Shown here: positions 47,376 through 56,007 of the stretch, one piece after another
Numbering within the stretch: the first letter of the stretch is position 1
Layout: each line of letters starts with the position of its first letter
Assembly (NCBI GenBank): GCA_035474295.1
Contig: DATINL010000036.1
Span: 14,041 to 78,040 of the forward strand
Direction of reading: 5' to 3'
Origin: Solirubrobacteraceae bacterium
GTDB taxonomy: Bacteria > Actinomycetota > Thermoleophilia > Solirubrobacterales > Solirubrobacteraceae
Length of the DNA: 64,000 bases
Position numbers and translations under genes: made by a program
The notes under the pieces: generated by a model
What the model was told of the DNA's origin: nothing
The model's input: only the letters and a program-made list of their open reading frames with translations
The model's database searches: none

Positions 47376-48785
47376 ATGAACCGGATAACACCCCACGACA
47401 TCAACCTGGAATCTGCGCTCGCGGGGATTGTCGGCGAGCGCTACGTGCTCACCGACCCCGGCGTGAAGCTTGCGTACGAACGCGACGTGACGGGCCGCTA
47501 CTCGGGAAGCGCGCGCCTGGTGGTGCTGCCGGCTGACACAGCGGAGTGTGCTGCGACGTTGGCCGCGTGCGCACGGCATGGAGCGCACGTGGTGCCGCAG
47601 GGAGGCAACACCGGGCTCGTGGGCGGCGGCACCCCACGCGCGGGAGAGATCGTGCTCAGCACTCGCCGCATGAGCGCGATCGATGTGCTCGACGAGTCAG
47701 CCCACCAGCTCACGGCCGGCGCCGGGGCGACTCTTGCGGATGCGCAGCGCGCGGCGAGCGCAGCTGGGTTTGAGCTGACGCTTGATCACGGCGCGCGCAG
47801 CGCTGCGACGCTCGGTGGTTTGGCTGCGACGGATGCCGGTGGAAGTCTGGCGCTGAGGTACGGCACGATGCGCCGGCATGTGACAGGCGTGGAAGCGGTG
47901 CTCGCGGATGGGCGTGTCGTGTCGCGCCTGTCCGGGTTGATGAAGGACAACGCGGGGTATCGCTGGCACGATCTGCTCGTTGGCAGCGAAGGCACGCTGG
48001 CGGTGATCACGCGCGTGCGATTGGCAGTTGCTCCGCCTGCGGGGCGGCGCGTGTCGGCGTTGTTCGGTGTGCGCTCGTTCTCGGCTGCGCTCGCGCTGCT
48101 GAGCTCGTTGCGCGCGCACGTCCCCGGGTTGCGCGCCGCAGATTTCTTCACTGCTGATGGGCTCGAGCTAGTGTGCGGCCAGCGCCGGCTGTCCCGGCCG
48201 TTGCGCGCGCCACACCGCCTCTATGTGGTGGTCGAGTGTGCGGGCGACGGCGATCTGATCGCACAGCTGACGGGTGCGGCGCGCGCCGGCCGTGAGAGCT
48301 CCGCGATCGATCTAGACGCGGACGTGGTGGTTGCGGATGACAGTGGCGCCCGAGCTCGTCTCTGGGCTTACCGGGATGCTCAGAATGAGGCTATCCGTGC
48401 GAACGGCGTGCCGCACAAGCTCGACGTCAGCGTGCCGCTCGGGCAGCTGCCGGCGTTCGCGCATGAGCTGGCGGAGCTGCTCGAAACACAGCGTCCCGCG
48501 GCGCGGCTCGTGCTGTACGGGCACCTCGGCGATGGCAACGTGCACGTGAACATCCTCGGATTGGATGAATCCGACGAGCGCGTCGACGAGCTGGTGCTGA
48601 GGCTTGCCGCGACGCATGGCGGCACGATCAGCGCGGAGCACGGGGTAGGGGTGGCCAAGGTGAAGTGGCTGGGACTCGTGCGCTCCGCTGAAGAGATCGC
48701 CCTGATGCGCTCGCTCAAGGCTGCGTTTGACCCCGACGGCGTGCTGAGCCCGGGGCGCGTGCTTCCCGTGCGCACAGCACGCTGA
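47376..48785 (+). CDS. FAD-linked oxidase (GlcD / D-2-hydroxyglutarate dehydrogenase-like)
   Basis: PQGGNTGLVGG, KDNAGY, GSEGTLAVIT, GHLGDGNVH, ISAEHGVG. Confidence 0.92.
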   Translation: MNRITPHDINLESALAGIVGERYVLTDPGVKLAYERDVTGRYSGSARLVVLPADTAECAATLAACARHGAHVVPQGGNTGLVGGGTPRAGEIVLSTRRMSAIDVLDESAHQLTAGAGATLADAQRAASAAGFELTLDHGARSAATLGGLAATDAGGSLALRYGTMRRHVTGVEAVLADGRVVSRLSGLMKDNAGYRWHDLLVGSEGTLAVITRVRLAVAPPAGRRVSALFGVRSFSAALALLSSLRAHVPGLRAADFFTADGLELVCGQRRLSRPLRAPHRLYVVVECAGDGDLIAQLTGAARAGRESSAIDLDADVVVADDSGARARLWAYRDAQNEAIRANGVPHKLDVSVPLGQLPAFAHELAELLETQRPAARLVLYGHLGDGNVHVNILGLDESDERVDELVLRLAATHGGTISAEHGVGVAKVKWLGLVRSAEEIALMRSLKAAFDPDGVLSPGRVLPVRTAR

Positions 48786-48811
48786 GCGACGCACACACCC
48801 GCCGGTTCGCG

Positions 48812-49321
48812 TCAGCGCGTGGGTGCCTGCATGAACTCATCCAACCCCGCGAGCGCCTTGCGCTGGACGGATGCTCGCAGCGGCGGCAGCCAGCCGAACA
48901 GCAGCCCCGGGGCGCCGAGCGCCTGGCGTGCCCAGCGGTGGAAGTCGAACTCGTCGCGCTGCTCGGCGATCAGGCCGTTCGCGCCGAAGCGCAACTCGGA
49001 GCGCACCCGGTTGACCACCGGCCGGCCGGTCTGGCTGAACGTGTAATGCGCCACCCAGCTCACCGATGCGCCATCGGCGGTGGTGGAGCGCTCGGTCACT
49101 TCGAGCTTGAAGTCCTTTGCGCGCGCGGCGAGCATCCTCCACATCGCACCAACCTGCTCGCCCTGCAGATTGGCGAACACCGGGTCGGAGAAGCGTGCAT
49201 CGGGCTCGTAGCACGCAGCCATCGTGTCGCCGTCGCGTTGGGCGAACGCGCTGTAGAGGCGGTCAACCAGCTGCAGCTGCGGCGCATCGTGCGGCGGTGG
49301 GCTCTGCTCTGTGAGCGACAT
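48812..49321 (-). CDS. NTF2/SnoaL-like protein
   Basis: LYSAFAQRDGDTMAACY, FSDPVF, WVAHYTFSQTGRPVVN, RDEFDF; AAAGGA RBS. Confidence 0.85.
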   Translation of the reverse strand: MSLTEQSPPPHDAPQLQLVDRLYSAFAQRDGDTMAACYEPDARFSDPVFANLQGEQVGAMWRMLAARAKDFKLEVTERSTTADGASVSWVAHYTFSQTGRPVVNRVRSELRFGANGLIAEQRDEFDFHRWARQALGAPGLLFGWLPPLRASVQRKALAGLDEFMQAPTR

Positions 49322-49805
49322 CGGGTCCTTTCGTTTTCGAACGTACACCGTAACCGGGACTGACGTCGCCTGTATGTCCGTCTGAGGTTGTTCTTGCGAT
49401 GGGGATGTCGCTTTCGGACAGAAACGGGTGTGCACGCACCCGTGTCAGTCCTCCACCTCCAACGGCATTCCCAAGGTTCCGCTGACCATCGGCGGCGACC
49501 ATCGGTGCGGCCGGCGTGGGGTGGGATGCTCCAAATTTGATGGTGCTGCGCGCGCGTACGTACGCGCGCGCAGCACCTATGAAAATGAATGTACTACCTC
49601 TCCGCACCCAGCTCGAGCAGGTGATTCGGCCGGTCGCTGGTCGCGGTGGATACATGTGCTCGCCACCCGGTGCGGAGTGGTCTGTGCCCGCCCGCCAGGC
49701 AGGGCCAACTCGGCGCGATGTCGATGTAAGTCGGCGCGATGTCGATAGGGGGGATGCGCCTGTTGGGTGAGTGGATGGCGACGGAGATCACGCCATACAC
49801 GTCAG

Positions 49806-49853
49806 GATTCGCCGATGAGCGACCCGCAAGATTCGCCAATGAGCGACCCGCGG
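49806..49853. repeat. 24-bp tandem duplication of the start-codon region
   Basis: GATTCGCC[G/A]ATGAGCGACCCGC x2, giving MSDPQDSP-MSDPR. Confidence 0.85.
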
Positions 49854-50495
49854 CTGGTCATATTCGACTGCGACGGCGTGCTCGTCGACAGCGAGTCGAT
49901 CTCCAACGGTGTGCTTGCCGACATGCTGAGCACCGCTGGCGTGCCCACCACACTGGCGCAGGCGCGTCGCGAGTTCCAGGGTCTGCTGCTCTCCCAGGTT
50001 GGCGTGCGCGTGGAAGCGATGCTGGGCCGACCGCTCCCGGATGACTGGCTGGCAGCGTTCGAGCGCACCCGCGCTGAGCTGTTCCGGCGCGAACTCGAGC
50101 CCGTGCATGGCGTTGCTGACGTGCTCGCCCAGCTGCATGCTGCACACACCCCGATCTGTGTCGCGTCGCAGGGAAAGCTGGAGAAGACGCGCCTGTCGCT
50201 GGAGCTCACAGGCCTGCACCGGTGGTTCGGGGATGCTGCGCTGTTCTCCGCGTACTCGGTCGCCCGCGCCAAGCCGCACCCCGATTTGTTCCTGCACGCA
50301 GCTGCCGCGATGTGCACCGAGCCGGCCCACTGTGTCGTCATCGAAGACACCCCCTCGGGCGTGCTCGGCGCCGTGGCAGCCGGCATGCATGTCTTCGGGT
50401 ATGCCGCAGACAGCGACATTTCGTCACTGCGCCGGGCGGGCGCGGAGACGTTCCTGTCGATGCACGAGCTGCCTGCGCTGCTCGGGCTCGCCTGA
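49815..50495 (+). CDS. HAD-superfamily hydrolase, subfamily IA
   Basis: FDCDGVLVDSE, VASQG, KPHPDLF, VIEDTPSGV; start region duplicated (alternative ATG 49839). Confidence 0.92.
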   Translation: MSDPQDSPMSDPRLVIFDCDGVLVDSESISNGVLADMLSTAGVPTTLAQARREFQGLLLSQVGVRVEAMLGRPLPDDWLAAFERTRAELFRRELEPVHGVADVLAQLHAAHTPICVASQGKLEKTRLSLELTGLHRWFGDAALFSAYSVARAKPHPDLFLHAAAAMCTEPAHCVVIEDTPSGVLGAVAAGMHVFGYAADSDISSLRRAGAETFLSMHELPALLGLA

Positions 50496-50545
50496 AGCGG
50501 CGGCCCTGCTGGGATTCTCTGAAGCGGGGGCCCTGCTGGGATTCT
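50492..50545. repeat. 27-bp tandem duplication beginning at the HAD stop codon
   Basis: CTGAAGCGG[C/G]GGCCCTGCTGGGATTCT x2. Confidence 0.85.
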
Positions 50546-50665
50546 CTGGCGCGGGGTGGGCTGCTCGGGCTCTCCTGATGGGCTGCGCTGCTGCTCTCTC
50601 TCGGCCTGGTGCGTAGAAGCTGCCGCAGTGTGTACATGCGCCTGCATGCGGGTACGTTTCGACCT

Positions 50666-51154
50666 ATGGTCGATCACAAGCTGCTCTCGATCTACCTGAA
50701 CGACCATCTCGCGGGTGCTACATCGGGGCGTGAGCTTGCCAAGCGCGTTGCGCGCTCCAATCGCTCCAACGATTATGGTCCGGCTCTCGCGCGCCTGGCG
50801 CAGGAGATCAACCAGGATCGTGAGTCGCTGTTGGGCCTGATGCGCACGCTCGCCGTGCGCATCGACCATGTCAAGGTCACAAGCGCATGGGTGCTCGAGC
50901 GAGCTGCGCGACTCAAGCTGAACGGACGCATACGCACCTACTCTCCGCTGAGCCGCCTGGTGGAGCTGGAAGCCCTGGAGCTTGGAATCACCGGCAAGTT
51001 CGCGCTGTGGCGCTCGCTGAGAGAAGTCGCGAAGGAAGAGCCGCGTCTGTCGCAGGCCGAGCTCGCACGACTGCTCGAGCGTGCCCAACAGCAGCTCCAC
51101 GAACTTGAAAACGGCCGCCTGACAGCCACAGCTGACGCGTTTGGGATCGCCTAG
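50666..51154 (+). CDS. Conserved actinobacterial helical hypothetical protein
   Basis: LSIYLNDHLAGA.SG.ELA.R, RLKLNGRI..YSPLSRLVELE.L..GI.GK..LW. Confidence 0.78.
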   Translation: MVDHKLLSIYLNDHLAGATSGRELAKRVARSNRSNDYGPALARLAQEINQDRESLLGLMRTLAVRIDHVKVTSAWVLERAARLKLNGRIRTYSPLSRLVELEALELGITGKFALWRSLREVAKEEPRLSQAELARLLERAQQQLHELENGRLTATADAFGIA

Positions 51155-51218
51155 CTGCGCGTGGAGCTCGCGCTGCGTGCCCGCGCAATGCGCTCACGTG
51201 CGTAGCGCTCATGGGGTA

Positions 51219-51491
51219 TTACTCCACCAGCCTGAACGCCACCTCATCCACGTAACACCAGCTCCAGTCCTCGCCCGGCTCGGCCGAGCGGATGATCGGG
51301 TGCTTGGTCGCCTGGAAGTGCTCTGTCGCGTGGCGCCCGGGTGAGTTGTCGCAGCACCCGATGTGCCCGCACGTCTGGCACATGCGTAGATGCACCCACT
51401 GCCCACCCGTCCGCAAGCACTCCTCGCATCCCCTCACCTCCGCGGGCAGCTCGAGCAGCTGCGCCGCCTCAAGATGTTCGCAAGTCGCCAA
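51219..51491 (-). CDS. UBP-type zinc finger protein
   Basis: CEHL, CEECL..G..WVHLRMC..CGHIGCCD, HATEHF, W.WCYVD. Confidence 0.88.
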   Translation of the reverse strand: MATCEHLEAAQLLELPAEVRGCEECLRTGGQWVHLRMCQTCGHIGCCDNSPGRHATEHFQATKHPIIRSAEPGEDWSWCYVDEVAFRLVE

Positions 51492-51608
51492 AGCTCGATC
51501 CTTTCCTGGGGTGCCTTCAGGTTACGCCTGCTGCGTCGCGCGCTCGGCTCCGTTGAGCAGGGTTGACAAGCGGTAAAGGAATTCGGATTCCGTGCCGATC
51601 TTCCATCT

Positions 51609-52925
51609 ATGCGGCGCCGTTCCCTCGATCGCTCTCATCGTGCTGCCGGTTTGGCGCTGCTCACATGTGTCGTGTTCGTGCTGTGGCTGCAGCTCGGCGT
51701 CGGCGGCGCCACGGTCACCGACTACGTCGACGACCTCGTCACGGTGTTCGCCGCGCTGCTCGCAACCGTGCTGTGCGTACGCGCGCGTGCCCGCGTACGC
51801 GCCGGTACCGAGCTGCAGCAGAAGCAGCCGAGCACTGAGCCGCAGCAGAAGCAGCCGAGCACTGAGCCGCAGCAGAAGCAGCCGAGCACTGAGCCGCAGC
51901 AGAAGCAGCCGAGCACTGAGCTGCAGCAGAAGCAGCCGAGCACTGAGCCGCAGCAGAAGCAGATGGCTAGGTTCTGGACGCTGCTCGCCTGCGCCACCGC
52001 CTGCTGGACGCTCGCCGAGGTGATCTGGGCCGTATACGACCTGATCCTCGGCGAAAACGTGCCTGTGCCCTCCTGGGCCGACATCGGCTATCTCAGCGCG
52101 ATCCCGCTATCCGTTGCCGCGCTGCTCGCCCACCCCGCTGCTCACGGCACCAGCACGCGCAAAGCCCGCACCGTGTTCGACGGGCTGGTCGTCGCCACCG
52201 CGCTGCTGTTCCTCAGCTGGACGCTCCTGCTCGGCCCGCTGTGGCGCTCCACCGACCTCACCACCGCCGGCGGCCTGGTGTCGCTCGCCTACCCGTTCGG
52301 CGACATCGTGATCGTGTTCTTCATCGTGCTCGTCGTGCGCAACATGACCAGCGGCTCGCGTCTGTCGCTGTGGGCCCTGCTCGGCGGTCTGCTCGCGATG
52401 GCTCTGTCCGACAGCTTCTACACCTATCTCACCGAGCTCACCACCTACTCCACCGGCTCTGCCATCGACACCGGTTGGGTTGTCGCATATCTGGGTATTG
52501 CCCTGTCGGCGTACTTCTTCGACCCCGCCGACGCTCCCGTGCCCGCCCCCGCCCCCGCTTTCGCCGACGACCCCCCGCCCGCTCCAACACTCGTCGCGTT
52601 GATCTCCCCGCTGCTGCCCGTGCTGCTCGCGCTCACCGTCGCCGGCGTGCAGCTCAAGCTCGGCCACCATCTCGACCGCGCCGCCTGGATCATGGCGTTC
52701 GGCCTGATCGCGCTCGTGCTCGTCCGCCAAGCGCTGCTCGTGCTGGAGCTGCTCGCCCCGCACCCCGGGTCTGACGCCCGCCTGATGGATCGACTTGCGC
52801 TCGCCGCTCTCGGCGGCTCTGCCGCTAATTCTTCTGACACTCTGCGACCCGCTCCGCACGCCGGCAGCGGCCCCGCACAGCCCGTCGTCACCCCGGCTGT
52901 GCACCATCGCTACGAGGAGCTCTAA
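51609..52925 (+). CDS. Multi-pass membrane protein (sensor-like) with internal 9-aa tandem repeat
   Basis: About ten hydrophobic segments; PSWADIGYL, LAYPFGD, LSDSFY resemble membrane sensor regions of actinobacterial GGDEF proteins; no cytoplasmic output domain. Confidence 0.75.
   Translation: MRRRSLDRSHRAAGLALLTCVVFVLWLQLGVGGATVTDYVDDLVTVFAALLATVLCVRARARVRAGTELQQKQPSTEPQQKQPSTEPQQKQPSTEPQQKQPSTELQQKQPSTEPQQKQMARFWTLLACATACWTLAEVIWAVYDLILGENVPVPSWADIGYLSAIPLSVAALLAHPAAHGTSTRKARTVFDGLVVATALLFLSWTLLLGPLWRSTDLTTAGGLVSLAYPFGDIVIVFFIVLVVRNMTSGSRLSLWALLGGLLAMALSDSFYTYLTELTTYSTGSAIDTGWVVAYLGIALSAYFFDPADAPVPAPAPAFADDPPPAPTLVALISPLLPVLLALTVAGVQLKLGHHLDRAAWIMAFGLIALVLVRQALLVLELLAPHPGSDARLMDRLALAALGGSAANSSDTLRPAPHAGSGPAQPVVTPAVHHRYEEL
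51807..51962 (+). repeat. 27-bp coding tandem repeat, about 5.8 copies (TE[P/L]QQKQPS)
   Basis: ACTGAGC[C/T]GCAGCAGAAGCAGCCGAGC units read directly. Confidence 0.92.
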
Positions 52926-52932
52926 GCAACTC

Positions 52933-53139
52933 ATGCCCCCGCCACCCACCAGCGCCGGCAGTCACGAAGTTGTGTGGCTCGCCCCGCGCTCCTCCGCCTA
53001 CGCCCCGCCGCCGATGCCCGCGCGCCCGCGCTCCGGCGACCGCGCCACCGCGTGGATCGTGATCGCCCTCACGTTCGCCTGCACCGCGCTCGCGCTGTTC
53101 GACATGTACCTGCTGATGTCCGCCTCCGCACCCGCCTGA
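52933..53139 (+). CDS. Small single-TM protein
   Basis: Pro-rich N-terminus then AWIVIALTFACTALALFDMYLL. Confidence 0.55.
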   Translation: MPPPPTSAGSHEVVWLAPRSSAYAPPPMPARPRSGDRATAWIVIALTFACTALALFDMYLLMSASAPA

Positions 53140-53188
53140 CTCACCACACCGCCCGACTCACCACAGCGGCTGACTCACCACAGCGGTT
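53138..53188. repeat. 17-bp tandem repeat GACTCACCAC... x3
   Basis: Units at 53138, 53155, 53172, overlapping the upstream stop codon. Confidence 0.8.
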
Positions 53189-53226
53189 GACCACGCGGCG
53201 CGTACCCCCCTGCCGCGCGCTGAACG

Positions 53227-54129
53227 CTACGCAGCAACCCGCCCGTCGAGGCAGTGCGCACACTCCTCGATGTCATCCAGCGTGATCTCCAGCGGCGCGT
53301 GGTTCGACGGCCGGAACCCCTGGCGGTACTCGTGGTTCACCTCGCACCGCACCACATGCTCCGCGAGCGACTCGCTCGCGAGGAACAGATCGATGCGCAT
53401 CCCCAAGTCGCGCGCGTAATGTCCTTCGCGCTGATCCCAGCACGTATACCCGCGATCGTCGGGGTGCAGCACGCGGTACACATCCACCAGCTCCCCGTCC
53501 TCGAGAATCTCCCGCAGATCCTCCCGCTCCGCGCGCGCGGTGTGGTACGAGTTCTCAAACCAGCGTGGCTCGTACACATCCTGGTCGGTCGGCGCCACGT
53601 TGAAATCCCCCGCGATCAGCAGCGGATGGGAGTGCTCGTCGTACGCCTGATGCGCCACCGCCTCCAGGAACTGCAGCTTCGCCGCGTCGTCGAGCTCCTC
53701 GCCGCTCGGCCCCGCCGGCACGTACACGCACCCGATCGTCAACCCCTGCATGGTCACCTCGAGCCAATGCCCCTCCGCGATGTCGTGGTGGTGGTCGAGC
53801 GACAAGCTGCGATGCGTGATGTGGTGGTCGCTGCGCACGAGGATCGCCACACCGCCGCTATGCGCCCCCGGGCTGTGCTGGCAGCGATACCCCAGCCGCT
53901 GCAACTCCCCTAACGGAAATCTGTTCTCCGGACAGCGTGTCTCCTGGATGCACACCACATCCGGCTGCTCGGCCTTCAGCAGCTGCTCCAGCCGCGGCCA
54001 GCGCGCTCTGATGCCGTTGACGTTCCAGCTCACCACCTGCAGCGCGTGCGCATTCCCGTGTGCTCCCCGCATTCCCTGCCCCCGATCGTCTGCCTTGTCG
54101 TTTGAGTCTCCCTCGCGACTACTAATCAC
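53227..54129 (-). CDS. xth: Exodeoxyribonuclease III family protein (divergent second copy)
   Basis: VSWNVNG, CIQET, YVPAG, AGDFN, RIDL, PSNHAP. Confidence 0.88.
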   Translation of the reverse strand: MISSREGDSNDKADDRGQGMRGAHGNAHALQVVSWNVNGIRARWPRLEQLLKAEQPDVVCIQETRCPENRFPLGELQRLGYRCQHSPGAHSGGVAILVRSDHHITHRSLSLDHHHDIAEGHWLEVTMQGLTIGCVYVPAGPSGEELDDAAKLQFLEAVAHQAYDEHSHPLLIAGDFNVAPTDQDVYEPRWFENSYHTARAEREDLREILEDGELVDVYRVLHPDDRGYTCWDQREGHYARDLGMRIDLFLASESLAEHVVRCEVNHEYRQGFRPSNHAPLEITLDDIEECAHCLDGRVAA

Positions 54130-54198
54130 AAGCTAGACATGACAAATAGACACGACTAGATGTCCGGTGGACAATCTAAAAATTCGTGATTAGACATC

Positions 54199-54226
54199 TT
54201 GTCCTATTGTAATTTCCGTTTACCAT
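54199..54226 (+). promoter_or_regulatory. Candidate promoter TTGTCC-N16-TACCAT in an AT-rich divergent region with repeated TAGACA motifs
   Basis: Strong local AT enrichment at 54120-54250; -10 fits TANNNT; three TAGACA copies between 54130 and 54200. Confidence 0.45.
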
Positions 54227-54488
54227 TTGATATACATAAACGGTTACGTATGGGTAGCGGAACAAGTCGGGTCGGCGGCCGAGCCAAGCGCCCGGTCGCC
54301 GGCGACTTGACATACGGAGCATTGCGCGGCTCAGCTGGGGCACTCGGCTGGGGTATCCCCACCGGCCGCGCACACACAGCGCGATTTGGCGTGGCGGCGC
54401 CCCCGGGCAGGCCCGCCACGCCACGCGCACTCCCGCTCGCCGTGCTCTCGCCGCTGCTGCCGTCCGCCCGCGCCACTACCTTGCGCCC

Positions 54489-55490
54489 ATGCTCGTCAAT
54501 GAGCTTCAAGACGGCGTGGAGCTGGACCAGGTGCTGCTCGTGCGCCAGGTCGAACGCCGCCAGCGCCGCGACGGCGGCGACTACCTGCGCGTGCAACTCG
54601 GCGACCGCACCGGCGCGATCGCCTGCATGGTGTGGGACAACATCGGCGAAATCGAATCGCTTGCGCCCGCCGGCGCGCCTGTGCACGTGCGCGGGCGCTA
54701 CTCCGTGCACCCGCGCTTCGGCCCGCAGCTCAACCTGCGCTCGCTCTCAGCCCCCGCGCCCGGCACGTTCTCGCTCGACGACCTGCTCGACGGCCCGCCG
54801 CGCTCCGTCGCTCAGCTGGAAGCCGACCTGCGCGAGCTGCTCGCCACGATCCAGCAGCCCCATCTGCGCCTGCTGCTCGACCACGTGTTCGACCCCGGCT
54901 CGCCGCTGTGGGCCGGCTACCGTGACGCCCCCGCCGCGAAGTACTACCACCAGGCTTATCAGCACGGACTGCTCGAGCACTGCCTTGGCGTCGCCCAGGC
55001 CGTCAGCGCCATCTCCTCCACGTTCCCCGGCATCGACCGCGACGTCGCGGTCACCGGTGCGCTGCTGCACGACATCGGCAAGCTCGACGCGTACACCGAC
55101 GACCCGCAAGCGATCGACCTCACCGACCTCGGCCGCCTGCACGGGGAGATCCCGCTCGGCTACTACCGCATCCGCCGCGCGATCGAAGACATCGCTGGGT
55201 TCCCGCAGGAGCTCGAGCGCGCGGTGTTGCACATCATCCTCTCCCACCACGGCACGCTCGAGCACGGCTCACCTGTGGTCCCCTGTACGCGCGAAGCCAC
55301 ACTCGTGCACATGATCGACAACCTCGGCGGCCGCCTTGGCAGCTTCGACCGCCTGGAGAAGGAACTGCCGCCGGGCCAGCGCTGGACGAGCTTCGACCGT
55401 GCCATCGGCGGCGGCGCGTTCTTCGCGTCGCGCGAGCCCGTAGTGGCTCCGGCTGTCGTTCCCGCAGTTCCCGCGCGCGAAGCCGCGTAG
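54489..55490 (+). CDS. yhaM: 3'-5' exoribonuclease YhaM/CBF1 family (OB-fold + HD)
   Basis: LGDRTGAI..MVWD OB-fold, PAAKYYHQAY.HGLLEH, LLHDIGK, HIILSHHG. Confidence 0.88.
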   Translation: MLVNELQDGVELDQVLLVRQVERRQRRDGGDYLRVQLGDRTGAIACMVWDNIGEIESLAPAGAPVHVRGRYSVHPRFGPQLNLRSLSAPAPGTFSLDDLLDGPPRSVAQLEADLRELLATIQQPHLRLLLDHVFDPGSPLWAGYRDAPAAKYYHQAYQHGLLEHCLGVAQAVSAISSTFPGIDRDVAVTGALLHDIGKLDAYTDDPQAIDLTDLGRLHGEIPLGYYRIRRAIEDIAGFPQELERAVLHIILSHHGTLEHGSPVVPCTREATLVHMIDNLGGRLGSFDRLEKELPPGQRWTSFDRAIGGGAFFASREPVVAPAVVPAVPAREAA

Positions 55491-55589
55491 AGCTTCGCTC
55501 GAACGCCGAATCTCGGTCTTTGGCGTGAAGCCTTGACGGTCGGGTTGGATCTCGCATAGAGACCGAAATGGTGGCTACATTCCGGCCTG

Positions 55590-55967
55590 ATGCCGAGTCG
55601 TCTCTTCCACTACACGACACGTGATTTTGCGTGTGAGTGTCAGACAGACATGGACGTTGGTCGCCCGGTGCTCGTCGAAGTCTGGGACGGTCTCTATGGC
55701 CCAGGCTTCTACGCGTTGGACATTGGCCCCAAGGATGCCACGCGTGACCAGCTGCGTTGGGAGTGCTTCGGTGATTCAAGGCCGGATCATCCAATGGATG
55801 GTGTCTTGGTGCTCAATCCGGTGTTTGCAGATGTTCAATTCGCGAGGGTGGAAGAACGCATCTGGTTGATGAATGCATCGTGGGGCTCACGGACCTCGAT
55901 CGAAGGCATGATCGTGGCGATTGGCGAGTGGACGAGCAGTGGTTGGGAGGTAGAAGAGTACGAATAA
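55590..55967 (+). CDS. Stand-alone HYD1-type ADP-ribosyltransferase-like protein (putative toxin)
   Basis: LFHYT strand-1 motif and GLYGPGFYALDIGP..ATRDQL...FG, matching the Tox-ART-HYD1 pattern by eye; TACATT -10 just upstream of ATG (leaderless-like). Confidence 0.65.
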   Translation: MPSRLFHYTTRDFACECQTDMDVGRPVLVEVWDGLYGPGFYALDIGPKDATRDQLRWECFGDSRPDHPMDGVLVLNPVFADVQFARVEERIWLMNASWGSRTSIEGMIVAIGEWTSSGWEVEEYE

Positions 55968-56007
55968 CATCTAGTATCTCGATCCCAGGTTTGCTATTGT
56001 GTGGGCG

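Noticed and set aside
49802-51100. 432-aa minus-strand ORF
   Set aside because: Antisense to two recognisable genes; its repeats come from the 27-bp duplication
51807-51962. 27-bp repeats as CRISPR
   Set aside because: Head-to-tail in-frame coding VNTR with no spacers
54159-54184. PafBC-type (RecA-NDp) promoter TGTCCG-N10-TA
   Set aside because: The final T of TAnnnT is missing and the -35 part deviates from the mycobacterial TGTCGG consensus
55507-55519. CGAATCTCGGTCT as attR copy of the tRNA-Phe 3' end (34733-34745)
   Set aside because: Only 12/13 bp and does not extend to the acceptor end; compatible with chance, though it sits at the edge of the ART islet
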